Origin: Candidatus Saccharimonadota bacterium
GTDB taxonomy: Archaea; Nanohalarchaeota; Nanosalinia; Nanosalinales; Nanosalinaceae
Reading direction: 5' to 3'
NCBI RefSeq assembly: GCF_029232205.1
Contig: NZ_CP107255.1
Coordinates: 1,014,960-1,046,959, forward strand
Length of the DNA: 32,000 bases
In this document: one piece after another, positions 31,701 through 32,000 of the stretch
Layout of the letters: every line of letters starts with the position of its first letter
Numbering within the stretch: the stretch's first letter is position 1
Notes under the pieces: generated by a model
The model's database searches: none
What the model was told of the DNA's origin: nothing
The model's input: the letters and a program-made list of their open reading frames with translations, nothing else
Made by a program: the position numbers and the translations under genes

Positions 31701-31850
31701 TCATACTAGTGAGAGCAGGAAATTGAATATTGAGGAGAACATTGACTTGGCTACGCTGCCGATTGCGACTATTGTTCCTGCGAAGAATCGGGCCAGTGTT
31801 TTCTCGATGTTTCCAGGCCCGTGGTCATGACTGCCTCCGTGGTGACTCAT
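31701..31850 (-). CDS. Possible 49-aa His-rich small membrane protein
   Basis: Hand translation gives MSHHGGSHDHGPGNIEKTLARFFAGTIVAIGSVAKSMFSSIFNFLLSLV. It is below the ORF-track size cut-off. It has a His/Gly-rich head and one hydrophobic helix. No homology support. Confidence 0.25.
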   Translation of the reverse strand: MSHHGGSHDHGPGNIEKTLARFFAGTIVAIGSVAKSMFSSIFNFLLSLV

Positions 31851-31983
31851 CTATACTGAAGTAAGTATTATGAATATTTATGAAATATTCGTAGGCCTGG
31901 ATTTTTTGCCACGTAGAAGGTGTAAAAATTGCTTTCTCTTATTTAAAGACTGGTTTGTTCATGTAATCTCCACATGAAATCAG

Positions 31984-32000
31984 GGGGTGCGGAAGGATTT
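31984..32000 (-). tRNA. Probable 3' end of a tRNA gene (T-loop, T-stem and acceptor 3' strand); the rest lies beyond the window
   Basis: The reverse complement of the last 17 nt reads AAAT-CCTTC-CGCACCC-C. This fits the end of a TTCAAAT T-loop, a 5-nt T-stem beginning CC, a 7-nt acceptor strand and a discriminator base. No CCA is encoded. The isotype cannot be determined. Confidence 0.3.

Larger units (their letters stand above)
1..32000. repeat. Dispersed, highly over-represented palindromic hexamer AGGCCT, roughly 90 copies across the window
   Basis: Hand scan of the sequence. Example copies lie at 8993-8998, 10856-10861, 11699-11704, 15375-15380, 18011-18016, 21645-21650, 22652-22657, 31671-31676 and 31893-31898. 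Copies occur in coding DNA in all three frames and in spacers. Confidence 0.8.

Noticed and set aside
1-32000. A search for CRISPR arrays, rRNA genes, IS elements or transposases, integrases and prophage genes
   Set aside because: I found no regularly spaced direct repeats, no rRNA-like stretches, and no ORFs with DDE-transposase, tyrosine- or serine-recombinase or capsid/terminase features. The only non-coding RNA hint is the partial tRNA end at the right edge.

Overview
This is a very compact archaeal window: more than 90% coding, many 4-10 nt gene overlaps, and about 43% G+C by eye. The predicted proteins are strongly acidic. I infer a halophilic, small-genome archaeon such as a Nanohaloarchaeota/DPANN-like organism, but the sequence does not prove this. 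The left 8 kb holds a co-directional DNA sanitisation and repair gene string (partial MazG-like gene, Ogg, zinc ribbon, GIY-YIG/DUF123). It also holds a secreted lamin-tail-domain protein, an AI-2E transporter, a DUF112/TctA-like membrane protein, NAC and secFD. From about 8 kb to the right end the window is one large protein-glycosylation (agl) island. It contains AglB/STT3 translationally coupled to an Alg7/AglH-type GlcNAc-1-P transferase, and a cupin-Nudix-epimerase-cupin operon. It also contains an RHH-nucleotidyltransferase fusion, a second epimerase, a formyltransferase and a Wzx-type flippase. Further genes are a GalU/AglF-type nucleotidyltransferase, a UDP-glucose 6-dehydrogenase and two convergent glycosyltransferase operons. 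The island is interrupted by mazG, vapBC and an RHH plus CysD-like gene pair. No rRNA, CRISPR array, transposase or integrase was seen. A probable tRNA 3' end touches the right edge. The observations most worth follow-up are listed below.
- The palindrome AGGCCT is hyper-abundant: about 90 copies against about 6 expected, in all reading frames. A three-gene block almost lacks it.
- Four alkaline-phosphatase-superfamily paralogs are interleaved with the glycosyltransferases. The two sulfatase-like ones carry T-x-P-x-H in place of the sulfatase C/S-x-P-x-R signature.
- A fused Alg14/Alg13-like transferase completes a eukaryote-like Alg7 plus Alg13/14 plus STT3 set.
- An RHH domain is fused to a nucleotidyltransferase domain with a degenerate active-site loop, next to an operator-like palindrome.
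- A small RHH protein has a C-terminal tail that copies the tail of the adjacent CysD-like enzyme.
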